A stretch of 64,000 bases of DNA, from assembly GCA_048617235.1 (NCBI GenBank), contig JBMCHT010000003.1:17958-81957 (forward strand). Reading direction: 5' to 3'. Positions 28,516-39,109 of this stretch are shown in pieces. The DNA is from Patescibacteria group bacterium. GTDB taxonomy: Bacteria > Patescibacteriota > Minisyncoccia > Phycocordibacterales > XYD1-FULL-46-19. The translations under genes were made by a program, and so were the position numbers. Within the stretch, counting starts at the first letter, position 1. The number at the start of each line of letters is the position of its first letter. The notes under the pieces are model-generated. The model ran no database searches. It was not told the DNA's origin and saw nothing but the letters and a program-made list of their open reading frames with translations.

Positions 28516-29616
28516 TTAATTTAAAAATTGATCTCGGCAGACACTTTCTACCTGATTCAAACAAGTTTCTTGACGAGTACGACAATTTGAAAATTGCCCC
28601 TCATGATCATTCTCGGCCTGTTCCAAACAACGATCTAAACTCCTATCCAAACTATTTTGGCAATTATTCAATCTGATTCTTAAAATATAAGAACGGACAC
28701 CAGCCACCGTTTGACATAAAACAACTCTAGCTCGACAAGCTAAACGAGCTAAACCACGGCGATCTTCACACCTGGCAGCTATAGTCTGACAACGATTATA
28801 AATTGAATCAATCCGCTCGGCAAAAACTTGGCAACTTTCTTTATTTTGTTCAAAAACTTGCTGACACTGAGCTTTTCTATCCGGAATATTGTCAACACAA
28901 ATATTAAATTCTTGTAGACAATCTTCTTCTCTTTGAGTTAAACAATTTTCAAAACCTTCATCATCGGTCGATTCTTCTGCTTCTGTATCATCATCTGCCG
29001 GTTCTTCAATTTCTTCTTCGTCTTCGTCATCATCTGCCGGTTCTTCAATTTCTTCTTCGTCTTCGTCATCATTTACCGGTTCTTCAATTAATTCTTCATC
29101 TTCGTCATCATCTGCCGGTTCTTCAATTTCTTCTTCGTCGTCTTCACTACCACCTATAATTTCTTCAAGATCTTCAAGGTCTTCTTCAAAATCGGAACGA
29201 ATTCCTATCAACTTATCAATCCCCTCTTGTAATAATAAACCCACTAAACCCAAATCAGCCGCTTGTCCAATTAAAGCCTTCAAATATGAATCCAATAAAA
29301 GAGCATTTCTTTTAGAATGATTAGCAAAGACTACAGCCCAGCCATAATCTTCCGACTGATACTTTCTAACAGCCTCATTTAAACTATGACGAGAGACTTC
29401 AAATTTATCTGTAATTTCTCTGACAGACACTTCCATTAATTCTCCATTCTCATAAATATCACCAGAAGTTATTTCGTCCAACAAACCTTCTACTTCCACT
29501 AATTTACTTTCCGCCTCTCTAATAGCCTCCAGGGCTTCCTCTTTAGCTGAAACAGCCTCTGCCGTTCCAAATAAAAATAAAAAGACGAACAAAAAACCAA
29601 AAATGTTTTTAACCAT
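28516..29616 (-). CDS. exported protein: signal peptide, helical domain, acidic repeat linker, 14-Cys C-terminal domain (start MVKNIF)
   Basis: Hydrophobic N-terminus ending AEA/VSA; EEIEEPADDDED repeats; 14 Cys in the last ~142 aa. Confidence 0.8.
   Translation of the reverse strand: MVKNIFGFLFVFLFLFGTAEAVSAKEEALEAIREAESKLVEVEGLLDEITSGDIYENGELMEVSVREITDKFEVSRHSLNEAVRKYQSEDYGWAVVFANHSKRNALLLDSYLKALIGQAADLGLVGLLLQEGIDKLIGIRSDFEEDLEDLEEIIGGSEDDEEEIEEPADDDEDEELIEEPVNDDEDEEEIEEPADDDEDEEEIEEPADDDTEAEESTDDEGFENCLTQREEDCLQEFNICVDNIPDRKAQCQQVFEQNKESCQVFAERIDSIYNRCQTIAARCEDRRGLARLACRARVVLCQTVAGVRSYILRIRLNNCQNSLDRSLDRCLEQAENDHEGQFSNCRTRQETCLNQVESVCRDQFLN
28988..29146. repeat. four tandem 39-nt coding repeats (13-aa acidic unit)
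   Basis: tcatcatctgccggttcttcaatttcttcttcgtcttcg units starting at 28988, 29027, 29066 (degenerate) and 29105. Confidence 0.9.
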
Positions 29617-29658
29617 CCCCTTATTATACATTATAATAATAAAATCAGGCAAATTATT

Positions 29659-31806
29659 TTACTGTCTAGATTCTATAATGGTCTGAGCCACATTTTGAGG
29701 AATAATAGCATATTCCAAAAACTCCATTGTGAAATTACCTCGACCTTCAGTTGTTGATCGCAAAGTAGTAACATAACCAAACATTTCGGACAAAGGCACT
29801 TTAGCAGTTATAACTTTCAAGTCACCTCTATCTTCCATTGCCTCTATTTGTCCTCTTTTAGAGCTTAAATAACCATTAACATCACCCATGAATTTTTCAG
29901 GCACTACCACCTCTACTTTCATAATCGGCTCCAACAATACCGGTTTGGCCAACTTAACTGCATCCTGAATGGCCAAAGAACCAGCCATTTTAAAGGCCAT
30001 CTCCGAGGAATCCACATCATGAAAAGAGCCGTCAAATAATTCACAAGAAATATCCTCTACTGTAAAACCGGCCAAAACTCCTCGTTCTAAACCTTCTCGA
30101 ATTCCTTTTTCTACTGCCGGAATATATTCTTGAGGAATAATTCCTCCTTTAATGGAATTAATAAATTCAAACCTATCTTCTCTTTTAACATTTTTAGCTT
30201 TAACTTCTTCCGGTTTAACGGTCTTGTCCAACGGAGCCACTCTGAGTTTAACATGGCCATACTGACCCCGACCGCCGGACTGTTTAATATATTTACTTTC
30301 AGCTTCTGCAGTAGAAGTAATAGTTTCTTTATAAGCCACTTGGGGATTACCGATATTAGCTTCCACATTAAATTCGCGCTTCATTCTATCAACCAAAATA
30401 TCCAAATGTAATTCTCCCATACCGGAAATAATAGTCTCCATGGTCTCCGGGTCCGACTGAACTTTAAAAGTTGGATCCTCGGCAGCTAATTTTCTTAAAG
30501 CCAAACCCATTTTTTCTTGATCAGCTTTGGTTTTCGGCTCTATCCTCAAAGAAACCACCGGTTCGGAAAATTCTATTTGATCCAAAACAATCGGATTATT
30601 TTCATCACATAAAGTATGCGAAGTAGCCACATTTTTTAATCCAACTACAGCGGCTATTTCTCCGGCATAGACCGTCTTAACCTCTTCTCGGTGATTGGCA
30701 TGCATCCGCACTATTCGGCCAACTCTTTCTTTAGAACCGGTAGTGGCGTTAAAGACATAACTACCAGCCTCCAACATCCCTGAATATACCCTGGTGTAAG
30801 CCAGCTGACCAACATAAGGATCGCTTTGCAGCTTAAAAACCAAAGCAGCCATTGGTTCATCATTACTATGACGACGCTCTATTACTTCTTCGGTTTTGGG
30901 ATTTTTACCCTTAACCGGCGCTAAATCCAAAGGTGAAGGCAAATAATCTACTACACCATCCAACAACAACTGCACTCCTTTGTTTTTTAAAGCTGAACCG
31001 CAAAAAACCGGAACCAATTCGTTATTAATAACCGCCTTTCTCAAAGCTATCTTTAACTCATCTATAGCCGGCTCATCTCCGGTTAAAAATCTATCCATTA
31101 AAGCTTCATCTGTTTCCACTATTCTTTCTATTAACTCCGCTCGGTATTTTTCAACCGTTTCTTTGTATTCAGCCGGGATTTCTTCTTCTATTATTTTATT
31201 TCCCATATCCCCTTCAAACTTATAAGCTTTATGATTCAATAAATCTATTACTCCTTCGTGTTTATCATCTTCACCTAAAGGAACTTGCATTCTAATAGCT
31301 TTTTTAGTCAAACGACTTAAAATAGTACCGAAAGAATGTTCAAAACTGGCTCCAATTCTATCCAATTTATTTATAAAACAAATGCGAGGCACCTGGTATT
31401 TATCCGCTTGTCGCCAAACGGTTTCCGATTGAGGCTCCACTCCGGCCACCCCGTCAAAAACCACCACTCCACCGTCTAAAACCTTCAAGGATCTTTCAAC
31501 TTCAGCGGTAAAATCTACATGACCTGGAGTATCAATAATATTTAATCGATACTTATTATCTTTATCGTCTTTATTATATTTAGTCGGCACCCAAAAAGCA
31601 GTAGTAGCCGCCGAAGTAATGGTAATTCCTCTCTCTTGTTCTTGTTCCATCCAATCCATAACCGCTTCTCCTTCATGAACCTCTCCAATTTTATGAGAAA
31701 TACCGGTATAATAAAGAACTCTTTCACTGGTAGTGGTTTTGCCGGCATCAATGTGGGCAATAATCCCAATATTACGCACTTTTTCCAGCGGATAATCTCT
31801 AGCCAT
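29659..31806 (-). CDS. fusA: elongation factor G
   Basis: [33 protein letters not shown]. Confidence 0.99.
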   Translation of the reverse strand: MARDYPLEKVRNIGIIAHIDAGKTTTSERVLYYTGISHKIGEVHEGEAVMDWMEQEQERGITITSAATTAFWVPTKYNKDDKDNKYRLNIIDTPGHVDFTAEVERSLKVLDGGVVVFDGVAGVEPQSETVWRQADKYQVPRICFINKLDRIGASFEHSFGTILSRLTKKAIRMQVPLGEDDKHEGVIDLLNHKAYKFEGDMGNKIIEEEIPAEYKETVEKYRAELIERIVETDEALMDRFLTGDEPAIDELKIALRKAVINNELVPVFCGSALKNKGVQLLLDGVVDYLPSPLDLAPVKGKNPKTEEVIERRHSNDEPMAALVFKLQSDPYVGQLAYTRVYSGMLEAGSYVFNATTGSKERVGRIVRMHANHREEVKTVYAGEIAAVVGLKNVATSHTLCDENNPIVLDQIEFSEPVVSLRIEPKTKADQEKMGLALRKLAAEDPTFKVQSDPETMETIISGMGELHLDILVDRMKREFNVEANIGNPQVAYKETITSTAEAESKYIKQSGGRGQYGHVKLRVAPLDKTVKPEEVKAKNVKREDRFEFINSIKGGIIPQEYIPAVEKGIREGLERGVLAGFTVEDISCELFDGSFHDVDSSEMAFKMAGSLAIQDAVKLAKPVLLEPIMKVEVVVPEKFMGDVNGYLSSKRGQIEAMEDRGDLKVITAKVPLSEMFGYVTTLRSTTEGRGNFTMEFLEYAIIPQNVAQTIIESRQ

Positions 31807-31854
31807 AATATTTAATAAATATTAATTAATTATTAGTATTAATAAAAAACAAAA

Positions 31855-32343
31855 TTATTTTTTCTTTTTCTTACCGGTCCAAGCAAAATGGGCAAAAGCT
31901 CGGTTAGCCTCGGCCATCTTATGAACCATTTCTTTCTTTTTAACCGCTTCTCCTTCATTATTATAAGCGGACACTATTTCATCAGCCAACCTAATTTCCA
32001 TCTTAGTACCGGATTTGGCTCTGGCACTTTTTATTAGCCAACGTAAAGCCAATGATAGTTGCCTGGCCGGTCTAACCTCATGCGGTACTTGGTAATTAGC
32101 TCCACCAATTCGACGAGAACGGATTTCCATCTGGGGAGATATATTTTTAATGGTTTCTTTAAAAACCTCTAAAGGTTCTTGACCGGTTTTTTCCTTGACC
32201 AAACCAAAAGCGGAATAAACCACTCGTTGAGCCACGGTTTTTTTACCTCGCTCCATTACATAATTAATTAATTTGGAGACCTCTAAAGAGCCGTGTTGGG
32301 AATCGGCAGTTAAACGATTAGTCTTTTTTACCGGTCGACGCAT
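31855..32343 (-). CDS. rpsG: 30S ribosomal protein S7
   Basis: SRRIGGANYQVP, HKMAEANRAFAH. Confidence 0.99.
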   Translation of the reverse strand: MRRPVKKTNRLTADSQHGSLEVSKLINYVMERGKKTVAQRVVYSAFGLVKEKTGQEPLEVFKETIKNISPQMEIRSRRIGGANYQVPHEVRPARQLSLALRWLIKSARAKSGTKMEIRLADEIVSAYNNEGEAVKKKEMVHKMAEANRAFAHFAWTGKKKKK

Positions 32344-32367
32344 AAATATTACTGATATATATTAAAA

Positions 32368-32781
32368 TTAAGCCTTAGGCTTCTTAGCTCCATAAAGACT
32401 ACGACCTTGGCGACGCTTTTCCACTCCGGTAGTATCCAAAACTCCACGAACGACAGTATAACGAACTCCGGGTAAGTCTTTAACTCGACCTCCTCTCAAT
32501 AAAACCACTGAGTGTTCTTGTAAATTATGTCCCTCGCCCGGAATATAGGCAGTTACCTCCATACCATTAGTTAAACGCACTCTGGCAATTTTTCTCATAG
32601 CAGAGTTAGGTTTCTTGGGCGTAGTGGTTTTAACTTGAAGACAAACCCCTCGTTTAAACGGAGAAGGATAATGAGAAGGTTTATTCTTTTTATTATTAAA
32701 ACCCATAGCTAAAGCCACGGTCTTGGATTTTTTGACCACTTTTTTTCTTCCTTTTCGAACCAATTGATTAATTGTAGGCAT
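32368..32781 (-). CDS. rpsL: 30S ribosomal protein S12
   Basis: [29 protein letters not shown]. Confidence 0.99.
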   Translation of the reverse strand: MPTINQLVRKGRKKVVKKSKTVALAMGFNNKKNKPSHYPSPFKRGVCLQVKTTTPKKPNSAMRKIARVRLTNGMEVTAYIPGEGHNLQEHSVVLLRGGRVKDLPGVRYTVVRGVLDTTGVEKRRQGRSLYGAKKPKA

Positions 32782-32792
32782 AAAATAACAAC

Positions 32793-32841
32793 GGCCATAA
32801 AGGCCACTTGTTACTCTAATATATTAAGAACAAAAATGCAA
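32793..32841 (-). promoter_or_regulatory. str operon promoter with small 5' hairpin
   Basis: TTGCAT-N17-TAGAGT then GGCC-TTTAT-GGCC. Confidence 0.55.
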
Positions 32842-32846
32842 TACCT

Positions 32847-33470
32847 TTAACCGAAAAAAGCTTTAAAAGGTAAATCGGTTAGTAATTCAAATAAAAAACT
32901 TATAGCCGTAATAATAAAAACCCCACCGAAAAAGACTACGGCCAAGACTATAAGTATCCAGTAACGAGTCAGCCAAGTCTCTACCGAACGCCAACTGTAA
33001 GGCAATAAAGCAAATAAAATTTTAGAACCATCTAAAGGAGGAATTGGCAAGGAATTGAATATAGCCAAAACCAAATTAATTAAAACTATTTGAGACAAAA
33101 CCATTAGAGCCACCGGGGATAAATTTTCAACCGATAATCTAATAATAACCCCAAAAATAAAGGCTAAAAACAAATTAGAAACCGGTCCGGCAATAGCCAC
33201 CAAAGCCGGCCCCCAACGTCCAGCCTTTAAATTATATGGATTAAAAGGAACCGGCCTAGCCCAACCAAAGATAAAACCACCGGGTAAAATAGACAAAAAC
33301 AAAGGTACTATCACCGAACCGACCGGATCTAAATGAGCTATCGGATTTAAAGTTAAACGACCGGCCAATCGCGCTGTCGGATCTCCTAAAAAAGAAGCGA
33401 CATATCCATGAGATAATTCGTGAATAATGACGGACATCATTAAGATGGCAATAAAAAACAAAATTTCCAT
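32847..33470 (-). CDS. site-2 protease (M50 family)
   Basis: HELSH, GDPT, AGPVSN, FNSLPIPPLDG. Confidence 0.93.
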   Translation of the reverse strand: MEILFFIAILMMSVIIHELSHGYVASFLGDPTARLAGRLTLNPIAHLDPVGSVIVPLFLSILPGGFIFGWARPVPFNPYNLKAGRWGPALVAIAGPVSNLFLAFIFGVIIRLSVENLSPVALMVLSQIVLINLVLAIFNSLPIPPLDGSKILFALLPYSWRSVETWLTRYWILIVLAVVFFGGVFIITAISFLFELLTDLPFKAFFG

Positions 33471-33556
33471 AAACAAAAAATTTTTAACTAAAATTTAATA
33501 AATCTTGCAACTTTAATAATTTATGATAGCATAAACATGCTAAAGTAAAAAACGTT

Positions 33557-33772
33557 ATGAAAACTTGTCCTCTATGCAATAAAGGTCAACGCACGGTTGG
33601 AGGTTATTCAAACCGAGTGCGAGCCACTAAATACAACCCAACCGGCAAAAAAGTCAGTCGGCCTAATTTGCAATGGGCCAAATTACCGAAGGAAATAGGC
33701 GGTCGGATTAAAATATGTACTTCTTGTCTAAAAAAGAACAAACACCTGGATATCACAATAGAAGAAAAATAA
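33557..33772 (+). CDS. rpmB: 50S ribosomal protein L28, Zn-ribbon type
   Basis: CPLC...PNLQ...ICTSCLK. Confidence 0.85.
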   Translation: MKTCPLCNKGQRTVGGYSNRVRATKYNPTGKKVSRPNLQWAKLPKEIGGRIKICTSCLKKNKHLDITIEEK

Positions 33773-33792
33773 AACCGACCGGAGTCGGTTTT
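33771..33792. terminator. bidirectional terminator
   Basis: AAAACCGAC-CGGA-GTCGGTTTT between convergent genes. Confidence 0.8.
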
Positions 33793-34665
33793 TTAAATTA
33801 CTTTAATTTGATTACCATCACTTTTAAATAAAACGGTTCCGGCTTCATAAGTCTTTAGAATTTCCGCCCCCAAAGAACCATAAATTTCCAAAATTTCCGG
33901 GTGAGGGTGACCATAAGGGTTATCTAAGCCGGCGGAAATTACAATATAAGCCGGATTAACAAAACCGAGAAACAAAGGAGAATTAGAAGTCCGGGAACCA
34001 TGATGCCCGGCTTGAAAAACTTGGTTATCTAAACGAGGACCATCCAACCAAACTAAATATTCTTCTACCGGCCAAAAAGCATCTCCGGTAAAAATAAAAG
34101 AAGTTTGACCGTAAATTACCTGTAGAACCAAAGAAGCATTGTCAGGTTTTTCGTTTTGAACATTTTTATCCGGATACAAAACTCTAATTTCTGTTCCTTG
34201 TCCGGGGCCATCTAAATAAATTCTGGTACCCCGGCCAACCATTTTAGTTTCCAGATTATTATCAATTATTGTCGCCTTTACCGCCTCTGTTACTTCGGTA
34301 GTATAGTCGGAACCGGACTCCATATAAGCTCCCACTGAAAAACGATTCAGCACCGGTTCAAAACCGGCCAGATGATCAGCATGAGGATGAGTGGCCACCA
34401 ATAAATCTATTCTACGATCATAAAAAGGCAAGATCCGACCCAATTCCGAAATAACAGACATATCCGGCCCGGCATCAATCAAGACTTTATTGCCCGATGG
34501 CGAGACTACCAAAGTGGCATCACCTTGACCAACATCTAAATAATAAATTTTTAAAAAATTATCCGGAGTATAATAAAAAACAGCCGACCACACCAAGCCG
34601 GCTGTCATAATCAAGACCATTACCAACAACCACCTATAATTAAACCACCTTTTTATAAAAAACAT
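33793..34665 (-). CDS. ComEC/Rec2-type MBL nuclease domain as a separate membrane-anchored protein
   Basis: LDVGQGDA, THPHADH, NASLV, FTGDA, GHHGS, NPYGHPH. Confidence 0.92.
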   Translation of the reverse strand: MFFIKRWFNYRWLLVMVLIMTAGLVWSAVFYYTPDNFLKIYYLDVGQGDATLVVSPSGNKVLIDAGPDMSVISELGRILPFYDRRIDLLVATHPHADHLAGFEPVLNRFSVGAYMESGSDYTTEVTEAVKATIIDNNLETKMVGRGTRIYLDGPGQGTEIRVLYPDKNVQNEKPDNASLVLQVIYGQTSFIFTGDAFWPVEEYLVWLDGPRLDNQVFQAGHHGSRTSNSPLFLGFVNPAYIVISAGLDNPYGHPHPEILEIYGSLGAEILKTYEAGTVLFKSDGNQIKVI

Positions 34666-34671
34666 TTTAAA

Positions 34672-34911
34672 TTATTCCTGAATATATTCTTCGGGCACCA
34701 AGCCGGCCTCCATCATTATTTGAGCCAACAACTCAGTTAACTGATTATTTTCCTTGAGGATATTGTTTTGTTGATTTAATTCTGTGGTCAAAAAAGCAAC
34801 ATCTGATCTAATTTGCCAGACGGTAAATGCTTGATAAACAAAAACCGCCAAGGCCAAACCGGCAATTAAACCAATAATAAATTCTTTAGTTAGATTAACT
34901 TTTTTCATCAT
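34672..34911 (-). CDS. small single-TM coiled-coil hypothetical protein
   Basis: N-terminal TM followed by heptad-like segment; lies between the two ComEC parts. Confidence 0.7.
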   Translation of the reverse strand: MMKKVNLTKEFIIGLIAGLALAVFVYQAFTVWQIRSDVAFLTTELNQQNNILKENNQLTELLAQIMMEAGLVPEEYIQE

Positions 34912-34963
34912 AATTATATATTAAATAATAATTCTTAAATTAAATTTTAACATACCACTTTTT

Positions 34964-36442
34964 TTAATAAAACCACCAAGACCATTGAGGGTTATACTTA
35001 ACCGATAAATATCGACTAACAAACCATAAAAGCGGATAAAAAATAAAAACCGACCAGACCGGTAAACGCCAACTAACTTCCGGTGTTAAAATTCCCATCA
35101 TAGCCGATACTCGCAAAACCGCTTCCAACCATAACCAGGAAATGGTAGCCGGCAACAAAGCTAAACCGGTACCAATCATATTCAAAAAGGCCAACAAAGC
35201 CAGAGCCGGTAAAATAAATACCATCCAAGGAGATAATAAAATATTAGAAAATGGTGCCAACCAAGATAAATCTCCGGTCCAAATTAAAAGAAGAGGCATA
35301 ACTGCCACCTGAGCGGCTATAGAAACCGCCATTATTTCAAATATAATTTTAGTTTTTTGCCCTACCGAAAAAACAGCTAATAAACAATTAACAATTATTG
35401 GAGTTAAAACCAAAACTCCCCAAGTGGCCGCTACCGATAACTGAAAACCGATATCAAAAATAATTACCGGCTTAATCACCGTCATTAGAAAAACAGCATA
35501 AAATAAAGCTCGAAGACCGGCATAAGGCCGTCCCCACCAACCGGCCATCATAGCCAAAGATACCATTAAACCGGCTCGAATGGCCGAAGTGGCCGGACCG
35601 GTCATCAAAATAAAAAAACCGACAAGAATTAAAACAAAAAAAGGCCTCCAACCGGTTGTTATAAAATAAGAAGCTAAAACCGCCACCAAACCGGCCACCA
35701 AGCCCACATGGTAACCGGACACCACGGTTAAATGAATCAAGCCGGCTTGTTGTAAATGCTTTCTAATCTCTGAAGCAAAACCGGATCTATCTCCCATTAA
35801 AACCCCGGTCGCTAAAGAAGCATGGGGCTCAGGTAAACCGGCTTTCAAGCCACCGATTATTTTTTGTCGCCACCAAGCCAAAACACTAATTCTCTCCGTT
35901 TTTTTAATAATCTCTAAATTATAAGCATAAAGACGACCACTTAAATCTCTGGTTCTTAAATAAGAATAATCATTAAAATCATTATCGGCAAAAGGCCGAA
36001 CCGGTGGCTGATAATAACCAATTATCTTAACCTTATCTCCTAACCTAACCACCGGATATAAATCCGCTTTAACCCAAAAATTAAAATTACTTCTTTTTTC
36101 TTTAATAATAAAAGATTGACCGGTTAAACCACGATCCGGAAAACCAATCACCTCTCCCTCCCATTGTCCTTGACCGGCTACTTGATCAGAAACCGGTAAA
36201 TACCAACTTAAACCAAAGGGATAATAACCCCAACCGCAAAAACCAAAGAAAAGAATCACCGACATAGTCATCAACCGGTGACCGGTTTTAATAAATACAC
36301 TTAGTCCGGCCAATAAACCAACAAGAGCCAAAAAAAGAAAACCAACAACAGAAGACTCTTCTAAATAACCGGCTGTTACCAAACCTAAAAACCAACCGCT
36401 AACAATAATTCCCAAGACAAATCTGGCTTGGATTTTAGTCAT
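34964..36442 (-). CDS. comEC: ComEC competence membrane channel (OB and Competence domains)
   Basis: AGLIHLTVVSGYHV, SAIRAGLM, DIGFQLSVAATWG. Confidence 0.93.
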   Translation of the reverse strand: MTKIQARFVLGIIVSGWFLGLVTAGYLEESSVVGFLFLALVGLLAGLSVFIKTGHRLMTMSVILFFGFCGWGYYPFGLSWYLPVSDQVAGQGQWEGEVIGFPDRGLTGQSFIIKEKRSNFNFWVKADLYPVVRLGDKVKIIGYYQPPVRPFADNDFNDYSYLRTRDLSGRLYAYNLEIIKKTERISVLAWWRQKIIGGLKAGLPEPHASLATGVLMGDRSGFASEIRKHLQQAGLIHLTVVSGYHVGLVAGLVAVLASYFITTGWRPFFVLILVGFFILMTGPATSAIRAGLMVSLAMMAGWWGRPYAGLRALFYAVFLMTVIKPVIIFDIGFQLSVAATWGVLVLTPIIVNCLLAVFSVGQKTKIIFEIMAVSIAAQVAVMPLLLIWTGDLSWLAPFSNILLSPWMVFILPALALLAFLNMIGTGLALLPATISWLWLEAVLRVSAMMGILTPEVSWRLPVWSVFIFYPLLWFVSRYLSVKYNPQWSWWFY

Positions 36443-36445
36443 AAA

Positions 36446-36874
36446 TTAAGAACCTTGATCCATAGCCTGATTAGCTAAAGCATCAGCTTGAGCATTTTCA
36501 GATCGTGGTATATGAACAATTTTCATTTGTTTAAAATCCGACACTCTTAAATTCCACACCGCCATAAACCACGGCCAAAATTCCGGATCTTTTACCTGGT
36601 AATCTCCATTTAATTGTTTAACTATTAACTCCGAATCTAAATGCACCTCTATTGGAGTAACCCGCGCCCGAGCTGTCCCTAAAACTTTCTTCAAAGCCTG
36701 CAAAGCCATAACCAATGCTTGATACTCCGCTTGGTTGTTAGTAGTCTTCCCTAAAAATTTAGACAAAGTTTTTACTACCTGACCATCGGAATCTAAAATC
36801 ACCGCCCCGGCTCCGGCCGGACCGGGATTACCACGAGCCCCACCATCTGCATAAACTATATATTTATCTGCCAT
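36446..36874 (-). CDS. rnhA: ribonuclease HI
   Basis: DGGARGNPGPAG, TNNQAEY, DSELIVKQ, PRSENAQADALAN. Confidence 0.95.
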   Translation of the reverse strand: MADKYIVYADGGARGNPGPAGAGAVILDSDGQVVKTLSKFLGKTTNNQAEYQALVMALQALKKVLGTARARVTPIEVHLDSELIVKQLNGDYQVKDPEFWPWFMAVWNLRVSDFKQMKIVHIPRSENAQADALANQAMDQGS

Positions 36875-36900
36875 AATTATTAAATTAACTTACAAACATT

Positions 36901-38610
36901 TTAAACCGCTATTTGCCAATCGACAAGTCTTAATCTTAATTCCGGTCGCCCCCCACCAAAGACAGATTTTTCAATTGTTCCCAAACAATCTATCACCTCA
37001 CCAATAGCTGGTGCCACAGCAGTATAAAAAAAGGAAATAACCTTTATTTTTTTACCATTTTGTTCTAAAACCAATTCTAAGTGATTACCGGTTTGACCAA
37101 AACGCCTCTGACCTACTACAGTTACTTTTTTAAATTCAAAAACCGGTCTGGGATTTTCTTGACCGAAAGGCGCCAACTGATCCAATTTATCAAATAAAGA
37201 CCAGGTAATATCCGTTAAAAACAAGCAACCATCAATGGCTATTTTTTGACCATTATTAACATCAACTTTACATTTAGACATAGCTAAATTTAAATTCTCA
37301 GCTAACAAAGGAATTTCTTTCTCTGCTAAAGCGAAACCACCGGCTCCGGCATGACCACCAAAATCCAAAAAACTGTCAGAATCCATTCTAGACATCAAAT
37401 CCACCAAATTAACTCGTCCATCCGATCGACAAGAGCCCTTAACTTCTCCTTGGCCATTATAAGACCATAAAAATATCGGCCGGTCATACTCTTCCACCAA
37501 CTTGGAAGCAGCCAAACCCAAAACTCCCGGGTTCCAATCCGGCTTCCCGGCCACTAAAACTCCCGGTAAACTTTTATTTTTATTCTCTAGCAACCAAAGC
37601 TGACGCACTTGATCTAATATTTCTTCCACCTGTTTTTTTCTTTGTAAATTATTACTCTCTAAAGTACTAACCAAAACCAAAGCCAGGTCTTTATCTTGAG
37701 CCATTAATAAATCATAAGCCTGACGACCATGAGCCATTCGACTGGCTGAATTAATTCGCGGAGCTACCATAAAAGCAATATCCTCGGCTGTTAAATGACT
37801 AATCGGTAAAGACAAACGCTTTAATAATTGTTGTAAACCCGATCGTCTGGTTTTTTCCATAACCACCAAACCATATTTTACTAAAATTCTATTCTCATCC
37901 ACCAAAGGCATCATATCTCCAATCGTGGCTATAGCCACCAAATCTAATAACCACTTTTCCCAACCGGAAGGTAAACCATATCTATTCTCTTTTAATAAAG
38001 CAGTAATCAATTTAAAAGCCACTCCGGCTCCGGCTAAATGTTTAAAAGGGTAATTATCTCCCTCCCGATAGGGATCAACCACCGCCACCGCCGGCGGTAA
38101 TTTTTTAGGTGGCAAGTGGTGATCAGTAATAATTACATCCACTCCCAAATCACCGGCCAACTTCACTTCTTTAAAAGAAGTAATCCCGCAATCAACAGTC
38201 ACCACTAAAGAATGACCGGCCTCAGACATTTTTCGAACCCAAGCTTGGCTTAAACCATAAGCTTCCAAATAGCGATCGGGAATATAAACCGTGTAATTAT
38301 CAAAACCAATTTGTCGAAAAAAAGAAGCTAAAATAGCCGCTGCCGGTATTCCATCGGCATCATAATCGGCAAAAATAGCAATTGATTCATTATCAGTTAT
38401 GGCTTGCCGAAGCCGAGTCACCGCTTTCTCCATATCTTTTAATAAAAAAGGATCATGTAAACTATTATGATAGTCCGGTTCTAAAAATTGAGTCTGATCA
38501 GCCTCATTATCTATCCCCCGATTAACCAATATTTGCCTGACAAACTCTTCTCCGGAACCGTTAAAAACAGCCGGTTTTTCCGGCCACTGCCATTTATTAT
38601 TACCATTCAT
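36901..38610 (-). CDS. recJ: single-stranded DNA exonuclease RecJ (start MNGNNKW)
   Basis: DYDADG, TVDCG, ITDHH, PRINSASR, GSCRS, GGHAGAGG, PFGQENP. Confidence 0.96.
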   Translation of the reverse strand: MNGNNKWQWPEKPAVFNGSGEEFVRQILVNRGIDNEADQTQFLEPDYHNSLHDPFLLKDMEKAVTRLRQAITDNESIAIFADYDADGIPAAAILASFFRQIGFDNYTVYIPDRYLEAYGLSQAWVRKMSEAGHSLVVTVDCGITSFKEVKLAGDLGVDVIITDHHLPPKKLPPAVAVVDPYREGDNYPFKHLAGAGVAFKLITALLKENRYGLPSGWEKWLLDLVAIATIGDMMPLVDENRILVKYGLVVMEKTRRSGLQQLLKRLSLPISHLTAEDIAFMVAPRINSASRMAHGRQAYDLLMAQDKDLALVLVSTLESNNLQRKKQVEEILDQVRQLWLLENKNKSLPGVLVAGKPDWNPGVLGLAASKLVEEYDRPIFLWSYNGQGEVKGSCRSDGRVNLVDLMSRMDSDSFLDFGGHAGAGGFALAEKEIPLLAENLNLAMSKCKVDVNNGQKIAIDGCLFLTDITWSLFDKLDQLAPFGQENPRPVFEFKKVTVVGQRRFGQTGNHLELVLEQNGKKIKVISFFYTAVAPAIGEVIDCLGTIEKSVFGGGRPELRLRLVDWQIAV

Positions 38611-38680
38611 AAAAAAGATTATAACATAAACCGCCAATTCTTTTGGATTGTCTGTAATTTAATGCTAAAATAGACCTATT

Positions 38681-39106
38681 ATGGATAAAAACCAAGAAGC
38701 AGACTGCTTATTTTGCAAAATAATCAGCCAAGAAGTCCCGGCTGAAATAGTTTGGTCTAATGATAACTGGCTGGCTTTTTTGGATATACACCCCATAAAC
38801 CCCGGCCATACTCTTTTAGTTCCCAAAAGTCATTTTAAAAACTTTTTCACTTTACCGGAAAACCTCTTGTCCGAAATAGGACCTTTGGCTTCCAATTTAG
38901 GTCAAACTATAACTAAAGCGGTTAAAGCCGACGGCTTTAACTTAGGCATTAACAATGACCCGGCCGCCGGTCAAATAATTTTTCACACCCATATTCATTT
39001 AATGCCCAGATTTGATAACGACAATCATAAACATTGGTCCGGCCAAGAACAAACTCCTGAAGAATTACAACAGACAGCCAAATTGATTAAACAACACTTG
39101 AGTTAA
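38681..39106 (+). CDS. HIT family nucleotide hydrolase
   Basis: CLFCKI, GHTLLVPK, HTHIH. Confidence 0.95.
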   Translation: MDKNQEADCLFCKIISQEVPAEIVWSNDNWLAFLDIHPINPGHTLLVPKSHFKNFFTLPENLLSEIGPLASNLGQTITKAVKADGFNLGINNDPAAGQIIFHTHIHLMPRFDNDNHKHWSGQEQTPEELQQTAKLIKQHLS

Positions 39107-39109
39107 TTT

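Noticed and set aside
28988-29146. 39-nt repeats as a possible CRISPR array
   Set aside because: Units are head-to-tail with no unique spacers, are a multiple of 3 and encode an in-frame acidic linker; no cas genes.
27495-31769. Antisense and alternative-frame ORFs within tuf and fusA
   Set aside because: Typical by-products of codon bias in highly conserved genes.
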